Assembly: GCF_004010195.1 (NCBI RefSeq)
Contig: NC_057757.1
Location: 3,357,851-3,421,850 of the forward strand
From: Chiloscyllium plagiosum
Taxonomy: Eukaryota
Length of the DNA stretch: 64,000 bases
Direction: 5' to 3'
The notes beneath the pieces were generated by a model. That model worked only from the letters and a program-made list of their open reading frames with translations. It ran no database searches and was not told the DNA's origin. This document shows positions 49,830 through 62,423 of this stretch, piece by piece. A program made the position numbers and the translations under genes. Positions within the stretch are counted from its first letter, which is position 1. Every line of letters starts with the position of its first letter.

Positions 49830-51952
49830 CTGTGAAGGAGAGACAAAGAGGCACCATTTCACTTCCAACACTTACGGCAACTGTATAACAATTGCTTCTT
49901 GCGCAGGCAGGTCCTTACAACATTCAGGTTTCCACACACTCAGTGCGTGGAACTCACTTCCGCCCAACTCTGGGCGAACATAACGCATTGCCAAATACAA
50001 TGCACACCGGATGTTCACAACATTGTGGTCAGACCATCTCCATTCCCATCTGTTCCTATCATATTGTGGAATGTGGGTGTTGTCAGAAAGGGCCAGCATC
50101 TATTGATTGCCCTTCATTGCTCCTTGAACTGAGGGGCACGCTCAAAGGGCAGTTAAGAGTCAACAGCGTCGCTGTGGGTCTGGAGTCATGTCGGCCAGAC
50201 CAGGTAAGGATGGCAGATGTTCCTCCCAAGAGGAGGCAAACGGATCTGCTTTTTTCCCCTTTCACCAATAGCTACAAAGTACAGTCCCAGAGAATCTCAG
50301 GGCTGCGCTCTCGTTATAGAGGGACAGAGTGGGGGGGGAATGTGGGGGGAGGGGAGAAGGAAGATGGGCGGGAAGAAAAGCTGGTTGTCTGACAGTCAGC
50401 ATCCAATTGGGCTAGGAGATGGTTCGGTTTCCAGCTCTCAGTCTAATGATTGCAGCGAAGTCAGCCGGTTTGACCTCATAGATTGAGAGTTCTCCGATTG
50501 GGGTTGTTAACCTGGTCTAATCAAGGAACCGCTGGCTGACAGATAGAAACAGGAGTCTTCTCTTTGTTGAGAAGGGCACTTGCTTGTCACTGGCCACTCG
50601 GGTGTTTCCTTTGTTCCTGGTGGTGGAAAATGAATAGATTTCTGCACTTGTTGTTCTTCACTATGTCCTACACCTGAACACACACATGGGTGCTGGGGAA
50701 AAGTAAGTACTACCGCTGTGAGGCGGTGGTGTGGGAGGAGGGGAAAGAAGAATAAAATAAACAGGAGTGTCAGGGGTTGTGTTACAAAAAAACACATATG
50801 TTCTCTTCATTCTGAGAGCTGGATCAGTGGGGCAGGATTCTCCATTTTGTGTTTGAGAGGGGACTGACCTCTGAACTGCCTGGATCAAAGAAAGAAAAAA
50901 CACAGGAGTCTCAGAGGGAGCCAGACCAGCTTCAATTACTATGTATGCGTAAATAAAAGTTGACATGGCAATGGGCTTCTGGGCTCTGTGGAGTTATTTC
51001 ACATACGATGGTGGCATACACAGAGACGGATGTAGACAGACTTTAATATTGCTGAAGAAAAGACATATTTGTTGAAGTTTTGCTTTGAAGTGCTCCTCAG
51101 GACAATTCGCATAAATACCAGAAGTATCAATGTATTTATTTTTAGTGTTGATGTAGGAGAGTAAATGGATAGTTTGGCTAATGGTCTCTGATTGGTAGAG
51201 CTGCACTAATGGAGAATGCCTCAGTTAATGACAACTGATAGTTAACTGCCAATTATTGTTTAAAATTTGAACCAAGCAAGTGGACACTGAATGCACAAGG
51301 TATTGCCCTAAGAAATAAACTGGGGAATGGCTATCACCTATTTTAGAGAGTCAGATTTTACACAGAGGGTGGCTTGAATTAGAATGAACTTCCTGAGGAT
51401 GCAGTGAATGTGGGTACAGTTACAATGTTTAAAAGACATTTGGATAAGTACATGAATAGGAAAGATTTGGAGGGATATGGGCCAGGAGTAGGCTGGTGGG
51501 ACTAGTTGCTTGGAATTATGTTTGGCAGGGACTGTTTGGACCAAAAGGTCTGTTTCCGTGTTGTATGACTCAATGACATGATGGCAGCAATCTGTCAATG
51601 GCAAACACCACTAGTGTCACATTTTGCTCCAACCTTTGAGATATGAGTTTCAGTGCCAGGTACGTGAGTCCCATATTCCAAGATCTGGCAATGGGATTAT
51701 TTCAAACAACATGCATCAACAGTTATTCTCAATAAGCAAGGTAATGGCCTTTCCCAACCAGTTTGCAAAATTAACTGTCCAACATGAGTTGCAATTCCCT
51801 GACTGGACGACAATTGTGAAATAATCTGAATGCACAAAGAATTGCACTGACTCCAAATTTACAATGGTCAGGCTCACTGTGTTGTGAGTACTGGAAGCCA
51901 CATAGATAATCGAGTTCTGTTCTTTGCAGCTAAAGCAAAGCATGTAGATTAC

Positions 51953-52598
51953 TGTGACAATGTCGTGGCTGCAACATCTGTATTTTGTCCTTTTTTGCTG
52001 GAGAGGTTTAAGACAGAAGTAGAGAGCTACCTAGTGAAGGCCAATAAAGTAAACAGCTTGGGAGGGCTGGGTTTTACTTTTACAAAGTTGGAACAATAAA
52101 AGCAGCCTGAATGGGTGGGGTTAGGTTCCCATAGATTAATGATTTCTTTTTAAGATAGCTTTCAGCAGTTGCTGTTGGAGTTTCAACAGAGTTGGAAGCT
52201 GCAGTTAATGTCTCTGGGCTGCTACTGAATTTTTGCTTGATATTTTCTCTCTCTCTCTCTGCTGCTGGGTTGCGTGTGAGAAAAGTGATTACTTAACTGG
52301 CCTTTTTACAAAGGAGTGCGTTTATGGACTGTTAGTATATTTGAACAGTTAAATAGTAACGTTATTGTACCTATTATTCTGTAAAGTTTCCCAACAGAGT
52401 TAAGTTATTCCAAGTTCTTCTTTCTTTTGTTGCATTTTAACTGTAGCGTTTAAATACATCATGCTTTGCTTAACAACAAGTCGTTTGAACTGCATCAGAA
52501 ACACAGGCTCTTTACATTTGCCTTCAAAAATAAAAAAAAGTTAGGATCTAGGCTACCTTCTTAAAATACTTTAAGGGAGTCTGGTCTGGTCCATAACA
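51953..52598 (+). mobile_element. Solo LTR with 4-bp TSD
   Basis: TGTGACAA...CCATAACA, flanked by TTAC (51949-51952) and TTAC (52599-52602). Confidence 0.75.
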
Positions 52599-52749
52599 TT
52601 ACGGTTCAGTCTCTCAATGGTTAGCACTGTTGCCTCACAGTGCGAGGGACCCGGGTTCGATTCCAGCCTTGTGCAACTGTCTGTGTGCAATGTGCACATT
52701 CTCCCCCTGTCAACGCCGGTTTCCTCTGGGTACTTCAGGTTCTTCCATA

Positions 52750-52958
52750 CTGGAGAAAGTGAGGACTGCAGATGCTGGAGATCAGAGTAGAGAGTATGGT
52801 GCTGGAAAAGCACAGCAGGTCAGGCAGCGTCTGACAAGCAGCAGAAGAATCGACGTTTCGGGCATAAGCCCTTCATCGGGAATGAAGGGCTTACGTTCGA
52901 AACATTGATTCTTGAGTTCCTCAGATGCTGCCTGACCTACTGTGCTTTTCCAGCCCCA
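52750..52958. mobile_element. Palindromic Penelope-derived element nested in an HE1-like SINE (~52605-53165)
   Basis: GCTGGAAAAGCACAGCAGGTCAGGCAGC ... GCTGCCTGACCTACTGTGCTTTTCCAGC arms around a hammerhead-like centre. Confidence 0.75.
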
Positions 52959-55356
52959 TACTCGCAATTTTCCTCCCACAGGCCAAAGATGGATTGGCCA
53001 TGCTAAATTGCCCAGTGTTCAGGATGTTTACATTAGATGCATTAGTTAGGAGAAATGTAGAGTAATAGGGTAGAGGAATGGATCTGGATGGGATAATCTT
53101 CGGAGGGTCAGTGTGGAGTTGTTGGGTCAAATGGCCTGTGTCCACACTGTAGAACTTCTATGATTACACTGTGCCCTGTTGCAACTCAACAAAATGGATG
53201 ATCATCATTCTCAGCTTTATTTCTTAGGCAGTGCCATTACCAGAGTCAAACTACCTGGTTTATAATTTGATTTCAATCCTGGCAGTTAACTGCCAGACAT
53301 CATCAACTGGGGTCTTCACCATGGCAACACCTCCAATCAGAAGTCCACTTGCCAACCTATCAGCACTTGCCTCTCTTATAGCAAAGGGATAACGGCGACT
53401 ATAGTGTGAAACCTTTTGCACATTGCCCTGTTGACTGCAAGATGAAGAGCTTCATGAAAATGTTGTAATGCAATGTATTTGGCTGCGCTTGCTTGCACAT
53501 TACGTTAATGTGTGCCTTTTGCAGATTTTTGGAGAGGTGGGGAGGGGGGTCTGGCGGGGAGAAAGAGGATAGTTTGCAATCTGGGAGAGAACCAGAAGGG
53601 AAAGATCGGGCAGGGACAAGAGGGGCACGAGGGAGAAAAAAAACAGAGACAGACACTCTTGTGTAACATCTTGCCCGAATAAGACAACAGCTCCGATGCT
53701 GCAGCACTCCCTGGGTTTCACACGGGGAGTGGTGGCCTGGATTATGGCACTCTGGGTGTCTGGAGCAGGACCTGAACCAGTGACATTGAAGTCTGGAGGA
53801 GAAGGAGGAGGAAAACCCTACAGGGAGAGGTGACTTTGTTGGAATGGTGCGGGGGAGGTGGCTAGAACATATTTGTGGCTCATGCCGAATTGTTCTCGAC
53901 TAGCTGAGCAAACACAGCGCTATCACAACTGAAAACAAAACAGCAAACCAAATCAGTCACGGATCGATGATCATGGAACAATTAAGAGACTCTTCTCAGC
54001 TCTGCTAAATAATTCCAGTCCTCTTCAAATCCCCAGCTGGGATTTGAAGTGCCGTACGGAGAGAGACAGATTGCAATCTGAAAGTCAATCGTTGGAAAGA
54101 TGTGGTAAGAGTTTCCTAATTGTTGCACAGCCAGTAAAACCACTTATGGACCCTTCTTATTGAAAACTGGCTTCCTGGTCGGTTTCCAGAACAAGACTGC
54201 ATTCGTACTTTATCTTTAGCAGAGCAAGATCCTTCTCAGTAGCAATACCACTTGCTGCATGCCTTCAACAGATCGGCTAGATCCTGTGATTGTTTTCATT
54301 TATGGGTGTTGCTGGCTGGCCAGCATTTATTGCCCATCCCTAGCTACCCTTGACTTGCATGGCCATTTCAGAGAGCAATTGAGAATCAACCCTGGTGCTG
54401 TGGCTCCAGAGTCACATGTAAGCCAAACCAGGTAAGGATAGCAGATTTCCTTCCCTGAAGAACATCCATGAGCCAGATGGGATTGTCTGACAATCAGCAA
54501 TGGTTTCATGGTCATCAGTAGGTTCTTAATCCCAGATTTGTGTTTTTTTTTTAAAATTGATTTGAAATTCCATTGTTTGCCGTGTCGGGATTCAAACCCA
54601 GATCCCCAGAACATCAGCTGAGTTTCTGGATTAAGAGGCTAGTGATAATACCATTAGGGCATCACCTGCCTCTAAATACACTCATTCGCAAGTACATCCC
54701 CATTTCTGCACCATCACTTGGTCCTAATCCTGAAATATCCTTCCCACCAGGAGCACCCTCGATGGCCTTACACTGCATGGAGTGCAGCGGTACACAACCA
54801 TCTTCACAAGGAACAATTATAGACGGGCAATAAATACCACTGAGAGAGTCAAACTGCTCAGTTTACAATTCCTGGCAGTTAACTAACAGACATTATTAAC
54901 TTGTACATTCTCTGTGGCAACACCTCTAATCAAAAGTCAACCAATTAGCAGTTGCCTCTCTTACAATATAGACCAGATAGTGACGCTCACATTCCCTGAA
55001 TGATGGCAAAGCAACAGAATCATAGAATCCATACAGTATGTAAACAGGCCATTTGGACATCCCTGGACACAATGGGCAATTTAGCACTGCCAATTCACCT
55101 AACCTGCACATCTAGGGGAGGAAACCCACGCAGACACAGGGGAAAACGTGCAACCTGCACATAGATGGTCAGCTGAGGTTTGAATCGAACCCTGGGTCTC
55201 TGGCACTGTGAGGCAGCAGTGCTAACCACTGAGCCACCCCAGGAATAAGAATAGAAGGATATGCTGATAGGACCACTGATAGGACACAGGTGGAGCAGAA
55301 ACCTGAACAGCCCAGAGTCTGTGCTTTGAAGTGTCCTGCAACAGAAAGTGACCCAC

Positions 55357-55535
55357 CTCTTGTAGACGATTTTCAGGTCCTTCCACTCCAGGAAGCTGCA
55401 CATCTTGGGCTTGCGCCCCAGTACGATCTGCATCAGCTCCCGGCCCAGTTTCTTCTTCTCCTTCTCAGAGACGGCGGTGTACCATTTCTGCAATCGCAGC
55501 TTGCCTTGGCGACTGAACAGCAACATGAAGCGCAT
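55357..55535 (-). CDS. AP1S1: AP-1 complex subunit sigma-1A, exon 2 ([12 protein letters not shown]...KIVYKR)
   Basis: 179-bp exon with CAG acceptor and AG|GTGGGT donor. Peptide is the sigma-1 adaptin N-terminus. Confidence 0.95.
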
Positions 55536-56529
55536 CTGTGAACCCAGAGCAGAGCAGGGTGAGCTGGGGAGGCGGCTGACTTTACAATGCTACCGCCTGG
55601 GAGTGGTGTCTCTGACACCCCAGAATCACACCCCATCCAAACCAGCCCCACAGCCTCCAGCTGGGGCTAAAACGTACACCTCATCAACTTTTCCAAAGCT
55701 TAAAAACAAAACTGGTCATTTATCACATTGGTGAGAGAGGGCTTGCTGTGTACCAATTTGCTGTGGAGCTTCCAACAATGTACCACTCAGAAAACCTTGT
55801 CAGTGGTCTTACAACACTTTGAGATGTCCCAAAGGATGTAATGGGCACTTTGTAAATCCAATCTTTTCTCTCTACTTGTTAAACACATCCAGAGCAAAGT
55901 CATGAAACCGCAGAATTTGGAGAATCCAGTTGACAAACAACATAAAAACCAAATCAAAATTGGCAAATGTGGCTTCACCATCTCAGTGATAATGTTGATT
56001 TCGGCACACATGCGACCCCCACAGGCAGCCTGCTAACTTTCACCTGTGTGAACAGCAAACAGATTCATATGCACAACTGAATCACGGCAGCAACAGCTTA
56101 TCCCCTTTCATATCTGTAACGGTTATCACAGAAATGCTAGAGTGTGGTTACAGGCTGTTCAGCCTATCAAGTCCACGCTGCCCCTCCAAACAGCAGCTCA
56201 CCTAGACCCACCCCCACCGTATCCTTGTAACCATGAATTTCAAATGGCTAGCCCACTTAACCTGCACATCCCTGGAAACTACGGGACAATTTAGCACGGC
56301 CAATCCACCCTAACCTGCACATCCCTGGGCACTATGGGACAATTTAGCACAGCCAATCCACCCTAACCTGCACACCTTTGGACTGTGAAAGGAAACCGGA
56401 GCATCCAGAAGAGGCTCACGCAGACATGACAGTCATCCGAGGCTGGAATCAAACTTGGGTCACTGGCGCTGAGGCAGCAGTGCTAACCACTGAGCCATGG
56501 TTTTTTTTAATCTTTCAAATTGAACAGGT

Positions 56530-56930
56530 TCTGCACCTGCCCTGGGAATGTTTGGTGAGGGCAGTGTAGAAGGAGCTTTACTTGCAGTTTGTAAAAAAAA
56601 ATAGAGGGACCTTCTTTTCCACTTAAAAGGGTTGAGCTTTTCTCTTTATCTAACCTTGTGTTCTCCCGATCGTGGGAGTGTTTGATGGGGAACAGTAAAA
56701 AAGTTGTCTTATTTCAGTTTAAGAGTAAAGAGAGCTTTTTTTGCTCAGTTTAAATGAGTAGAGGGATTTTTATTTTCAGCTATTCTGTATCTAACCCTGT
56801 GCTGTCCCCATCCTGCGAATGTTTGATGGGAGACAGTGTAGAGTGAGCTTTACTCCATATTGATCTCCGCGCTGTCTCTGTTCTGGGAGTGTTTGCAGAG
56901 GAAAACCCGGAGTAAATGTCACTAACTTCG
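56530..56930 (+). repeat. Degenerate ~65-70-bp tandem repeat (CTGTATCTAACCCTGTGCTGTCCC...GGGAGTGTTTGATGGGGACAGTGTAGAG)
   Basis: Several diverged units. The same unit recurs at ~40690-40820. Confidence 0.7.
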
Positions 56931-59900
56931 ATAAACAACAAATTCAGCAAAATTACTGAATGTAGGAGACTCACTGAAAAGCTCGCTAACACATTCAGAT
57001 AGTTGAAGTGCTTCACAGAACTGAGTTTAATCTGACTGCAATGACTCATATGAGCAAAAGCAATTATTTAACAAATCCCAACATACTTCCATGCAGAGAT
57101 TAGATTCCCTACAGTGTGGAAACAGGCCCTTCGGCCCAACCAGTCCACACCAACCCTCCAAAGAGTAACCCATCCAGACCAGTTTCCCTCTGACTAATGC
57201 ACCTAACACTATGCGCAAATTAGCATGGCCAATTCACTTGACCTGCACATCTTTCGACTGTGGGAGGAAACCACAGCACCCAGAGGAAGCCCACGCAGAC
57301 ACGAGGAGAACGTGCAAACTCCACACAGGCAGTTACCAGAGGCTGGAATCGAACCTGGGACCCTGGTGCTGTGAGGCAGCAATGCTAACCAATGAGCCAC
57401 CATGCCCCCGCCTGAGCTGAATAACCAGTTAATCTGCATTTTGCAATATTGCACAAGTTAGCTGCCATGCGTTACATTACGACAGCAACTGCATGTCAAA
57501 AAAAAGGGACGACGCACTGGTGACACAGAGTGCTGCAGAACTCCCTCGGATTGCGAAAGGTTCAAGCGCAATTATTTCTTGATCGTTTTGCGGGAATGAA
57601 TTCAATAATAGCTCAAAAGCTAAAGATCATTCCCCCTTTTTGAATCCATGCCAAAAGAAAGGAAGGAAACATTCAGCACACAGTTTTAGGCTTGTCGCTT
57701 ACTCATCCACCAGCAGAACCTGAGGAGGACACGCCTGGTTGATGTACAAAGGTCGATCCACACGGCATCAGCCCAGAGCTGTTCAAAAGCAAATACTGTT
57801 TACAGAAGAAATATTAACCTCCAGTTACAATGAGGTCAATCATTCACCCTACTTCAAAAGGGATGGATGCCCTCAAGAGGTTTTATTTTTTGCAATTCTT
57901 AACAAAAATAACTCCCATGTATTGCACCAAAGCTTTAAAAGTGGCTTCCACTCGCAAAAGTGAACACAGAAATACGCCATTCAGCCCAACTCCCCCGTGC
58001 TGTTTTTCGCTCAACGCACATGCATCTCGCCTGTCCACACTCCAATCACCCCAGCACTATCTTCTTCTACTCCTTTCCCGCTCTCATCTGGTCACCCATT
58101 GAAATGGACGGACATCATTCGCTTCTAACTGCTTTCGGCAGTAGCAAACTCCCTATTCTCAGGAAGAATCTGTTCCTGAATTGCCGATTGGATTACTCTG
58201 CGTCCATCTTATAGTGACGGCTCCAAGCTCTGCTCTTCCCCACAAGATGAAGGAGCAAAAGTAGACCATTCGGCCCATTGAGTCTGTCCTGCCATTTAAA
58301 GGTAGGGTCCTGGGGAGTATTGCCAAACAAAGAGACCTTGGGTAGCAGGTTCATAGTTCCTCAAAAGTGGAGTCGCAGGTAGACAAGGTAATGAAGGTGG
58401 TGCTGCCACTTTACCACCATCTCCACTCCCTTACAAAAAGTCTTTCTGAACGCTTAAAGATTTCTTTCCCGTTGTCTGCCTGCCTCCTTTCACGACTGCA
58501 AAATGTGGCCGAGGTGTGTTTTAAAGGAGGTGGATAAGTTTACCTGGCTCAAGGAGAATCAAGGGATACGGGGGATGGAGGGCAGGATTCTGGGGGATTG
58601 AGCTCAATGATTGGCCATGATCCTACTGAATTGCAAACAGAGGGGCCGAACGGCCTACTCCTGCTCTTATTTCCAGGTTTCTCCACCTAAAGGAATGGAG
58701 ACTCAGCCTGTCAACCCTTTCCTAGGGAGCATACACATGCTCTTTTATGATCAGCCTTGCAAATCATTTCCACAAATCCTCCTCTTGGCAACCACATGGG
58801 GAAAAAGAAACTCATCTGGTGTGGACACTTTGGTAAGTCAACCTGCCACTGTTACCCGGCCCATGCTGACACGCAACTCCAGACCCACAGCAATAAGGTG
58901 AGTACTGAATGTCCTCACAGGATTCACAGTAAATCTAAGTTCGCCTGTTTCACCCACATTCCAAGAAAATAAATAATCAAAACCATTTGAGCCCTACCCA
59001 TCTGTTTGGGTAAACAGTAAACACGAAGGGACTCAACATGAAAGGGACCACTTCTGATGTGCAGAGCCAGAGTTTGTCCCTCTACCACCATTACCCAAAC
59101 TGTTTATTTCTGTACTCATGTTTTCCTACATAATAGTGCTCATCAGTCAGCACTTCTTCCCCTTTGTTCTTCCATGGGACGTGGGCAGTATTGGGAGGGT
59201 GTTGCGCCTGTCCCCAATTATCTTTGAGGCTGAGCGGCTTGCTTGGCTATCTCAGAGTCAACCACATCGCTGTGGGTCTGGAGTCACATGCAGACCAGAC
59301 CGGGTAAAGACAGCAGATTTCCTTCCCTAAAATGGGCACTGGTGAACCAAATAGGTTTGCACGGCCACCATGATTGACATGAACTTGGAAACTGATGTCG
59401 TGGGATTGGAACCGCATGCCTTCAAAGTTTCAGTCTGTCCGAGGGGATTATTAACCAGTGGCTTTACCACAATTTCCCAACTATTGCTAAGCACTTTGAA
59501 GAAGCATTAGTTTCTGATCTGTAAGAGGCCTCACCACAATCTCTAACCCCATCTCAGAAATATTCTCCAGGCTTGGCAACCTCCTCCGGCCCCCGAAACC
59601 CCTCCCTGTCCCTGTAAACTCCTCCAGCCTCCAACACCCCTCCCTGTAAGCTCCACTGGCCCCTGACATCCCTATCACTACAACCTCTCCAGCCCCTACA
59701 CCCTTCCCTATCTTTGTAACCTCCTCCAGCCTCTACACCTCTCTCCCATCTCTGTTACATCCTCCAGCCCCTATGATCTTGTCTGATCTTTGGACTTGTC
59801 CAAATCTGGCCTCTTCAAATCATCCATATTTATACTTTCATGTTTGACAGCTGTCAAGAAGCCAAAATATTTCCTGACCATAAGATATAGGTGCAGAATT

Positions 59901-61034
59901 AGGCCATTTGGCCCACTGACGTTGTTCCACCAATTGATCATTGCTGACATGTTTCTCAGTCCCATTCTCCAGCCTTCTCCCCCTAACTCTTGACCCCTTT
60001 ACTAAGGCAGAGTTAGGTTCTTTATTAAAGACACTCAATGACTTGGCCTCCACAGTCCTCTGTGGCAGTGAGTTCCACAGAGTCACCACCCTCTGGCTGA
60101 AGAAATTCCTCCCCTTCTCCATGCTAAAGGGTCAGTCCCTTTACTCTGAGGCTGTGCCTTCGGGTCCTAGTCTCTCCTTCTGATGGAAAGATCTTCTCCA
60201 TGTCCAGTCTGTCTAGGCCCCTCAGTATTCTGGAAGTTTCAATGAGATTCCCCCCTCATCCTCCAAAACTCAATCGCTCAACCGCTCCTTATATGACAAG
60301 CCGTTTATCTCCAGGATCATCCTTGTAAACCTCCTCCCGACCTCCCCTTCAAGAGCAGCACATCCATTTTTAGATACAGGGCCCAAAAACTGCTCCCAAT
60401 ATTCCAAATGCCAGAGCCTTATACAGCCTCAGACCACCTCTGCTCTTGTATTCTAGCCTCTTGAAATAAATGCAAACTTGCATTTGCATTCCTAACTGCC
60501 AACTGAACCTACATGTTAACCTTAAGAGATTCCTAAACTAGGACTCCCAAATCCCTTCGCCTTCAGATTTCTGAAGTCTTTCCCTATTTAGAAAATAGCC
60601 TACATCTCTATTATGCATAACCTCACACTTTCTACATTTCCACCTGCCATTTCTAAGCCTATTCTTCTACTCTGTCCAAGTCCTTCTGCAGCCTCCCAGC
60701 TTGCTCAACATTAACTATTCCTCCACTGATTGTTATGTCAACTTCAAACTACAATGCCTTCAGATCCTTTGTCCAGATCGTTAGTGTATAACACGAATAG
60801 TTGTGGTCCCAACACAGACCCCTGCGGAATATCACTAGTATCTGGCTACCATCCAGATGTTTTATTTTCTGCCAGTCAGCCAATCCTCTATCCATGCCAG
60901 TACCTGATCCTTACTACCATGGGCTCTCATTTTATTTTTCAGCCTTGTGTGCGGCACCTTGTGAAAAGCCTTTTGGAAATCCATATTGATCTCTCTCACT
61001 AAGTCTCTTACTAACTTGCATGTTACTTCCTCAA

Positions 61035-62423
61035 TAACACACACCTGATTATCAACACCATGCTCACATGGATCAGATTTACGAGAGAGGAGGAAACCAA
61101 CAATCAACTCCTATTCCTGGATGTGATGATAGAAAGAACACAGAACAGTGAATGCACCACAAAAGTGTAAGGAAAGCCACACGCACCTGAACTACAACAG
61201 TAACCACCCAAACACACTTAAGAGAAGCTGTATTAGGTCCCTGTTCAAAAGGGAAAAAAAAAATGAGGACAGCAGATGCTGGAGACTTTTTGTCCCTGTT
61301 CAAAAGAGCTATACTACACTGCAGCACTCCCGATCTACAAAGGAAATAAAATCTCTACAGAGTATTTGCCAATGGATATCCCCTTAACTTCATCTGCAGA
61401 TACCTAACAGACAAATAATGTGACAAGGACATGCCACAACCCAACTCACTAGCCACGCTACCTTACATAAAAACACATCTTGGAACTGACAGCCAGATCT
61501 CTCTGACCACTGGGATTCATGACAGTCCACAAACTGACAGCCACACTCAGACCACAACTCACCAGAACAAAAGACCCTATACCCATCATATGCAAGACTG
61601 ATGTAATTTATAAGATTCCATGCAAAGACTGCATGAAACACTATATCGGGCAAACAGTCAGACAACTAGAAATCAGCATCCACTAACACCGACTAGCCAC
61701 TAATTGTCACGACCAGCTGTCCCTAATAGCCACACACACAGATGACAGGGACCACAAATTCGATCGGGACAACACAACCATCATATGACAAGACAAACCG
61801 AGGACAGCCAGAGAATTTCAGAAAGCATGGCACCCCGTGAGTGGGCGGCACGGTGGCACAGTGGTTAGCACTGCTGCCTCGCAGCGCCAGAGACCCGGGT
61901 TCAATTCCCGACTCAGGCGACTGACTGTGTGGAGTTTGCACGTTCTCCCCGTGTCTGCGTGGGTTTCCTCCGGGGGCTCCGGTTTCCTCCCACAGTCCAA
62001 AGATGTGCAAGTCAGGTGAATTGGCCATGCTAAATTGCCCGTAGTGTTAGGTAAAGGGGTAAATGTAGGGGTATGGGTGGGTTACGCTTCGGCGGGTCGG
62101 TGTGGACTTGTTGGGCCGAAGGGCCTGTTTCCACACTGTAAGTAATCTAATCTAATCATCCACAGACTCCATCAACAAGCACATAGACCTAGACTCAGTA
62201 TACCGGCCACTACAACAAACAACTGGAACCGGCAACTGGAAGCTGCAGGAACAGAACCAAGTACATTCTAGAAGACACAGGACAGCAGCACTTTACAGGA
62301 GGTTCTAAAAGCACTGAAGATGTCAGCTAGACAGGGAGGTGAAACGTCTGCAAACCAACTTCCCAGCTTGGTGAACATACCCACAACTAGTACCCAAGCT
62401 ACAAATCTTTACACAAACCTTGA
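61035..62423 (+). mobile_element. 5'-truncated Penelope-like element (RT thumb + GIY-YIG) with nested SINE
   Basis: LLFLDVMI, LNYNSNHP...KRSCIRSLF, VIYKIPCKDCMKHYIGQT. Hammerhead-like GCA-CTGAAGA...GAAACGTC-TGC at 62311-62351. Confidence 0.85.
61842..62154 (+). mobile_element. Young full-length HE1-like SINE (CpG-rich)
   Basis: GGGCGGCACGGTGGCACAGTGGTTAGCAC...GGTTCAATTCC, V core, CTAATCTAATCTAA tail. CpGs retained. Confidence 0.9.

Noticed and set aside
61842..61915. tRNA gene
   Set aside because: tRNA-like A/B boxes are the head of a multi-copy SINE and continue into the SINE core and tail.
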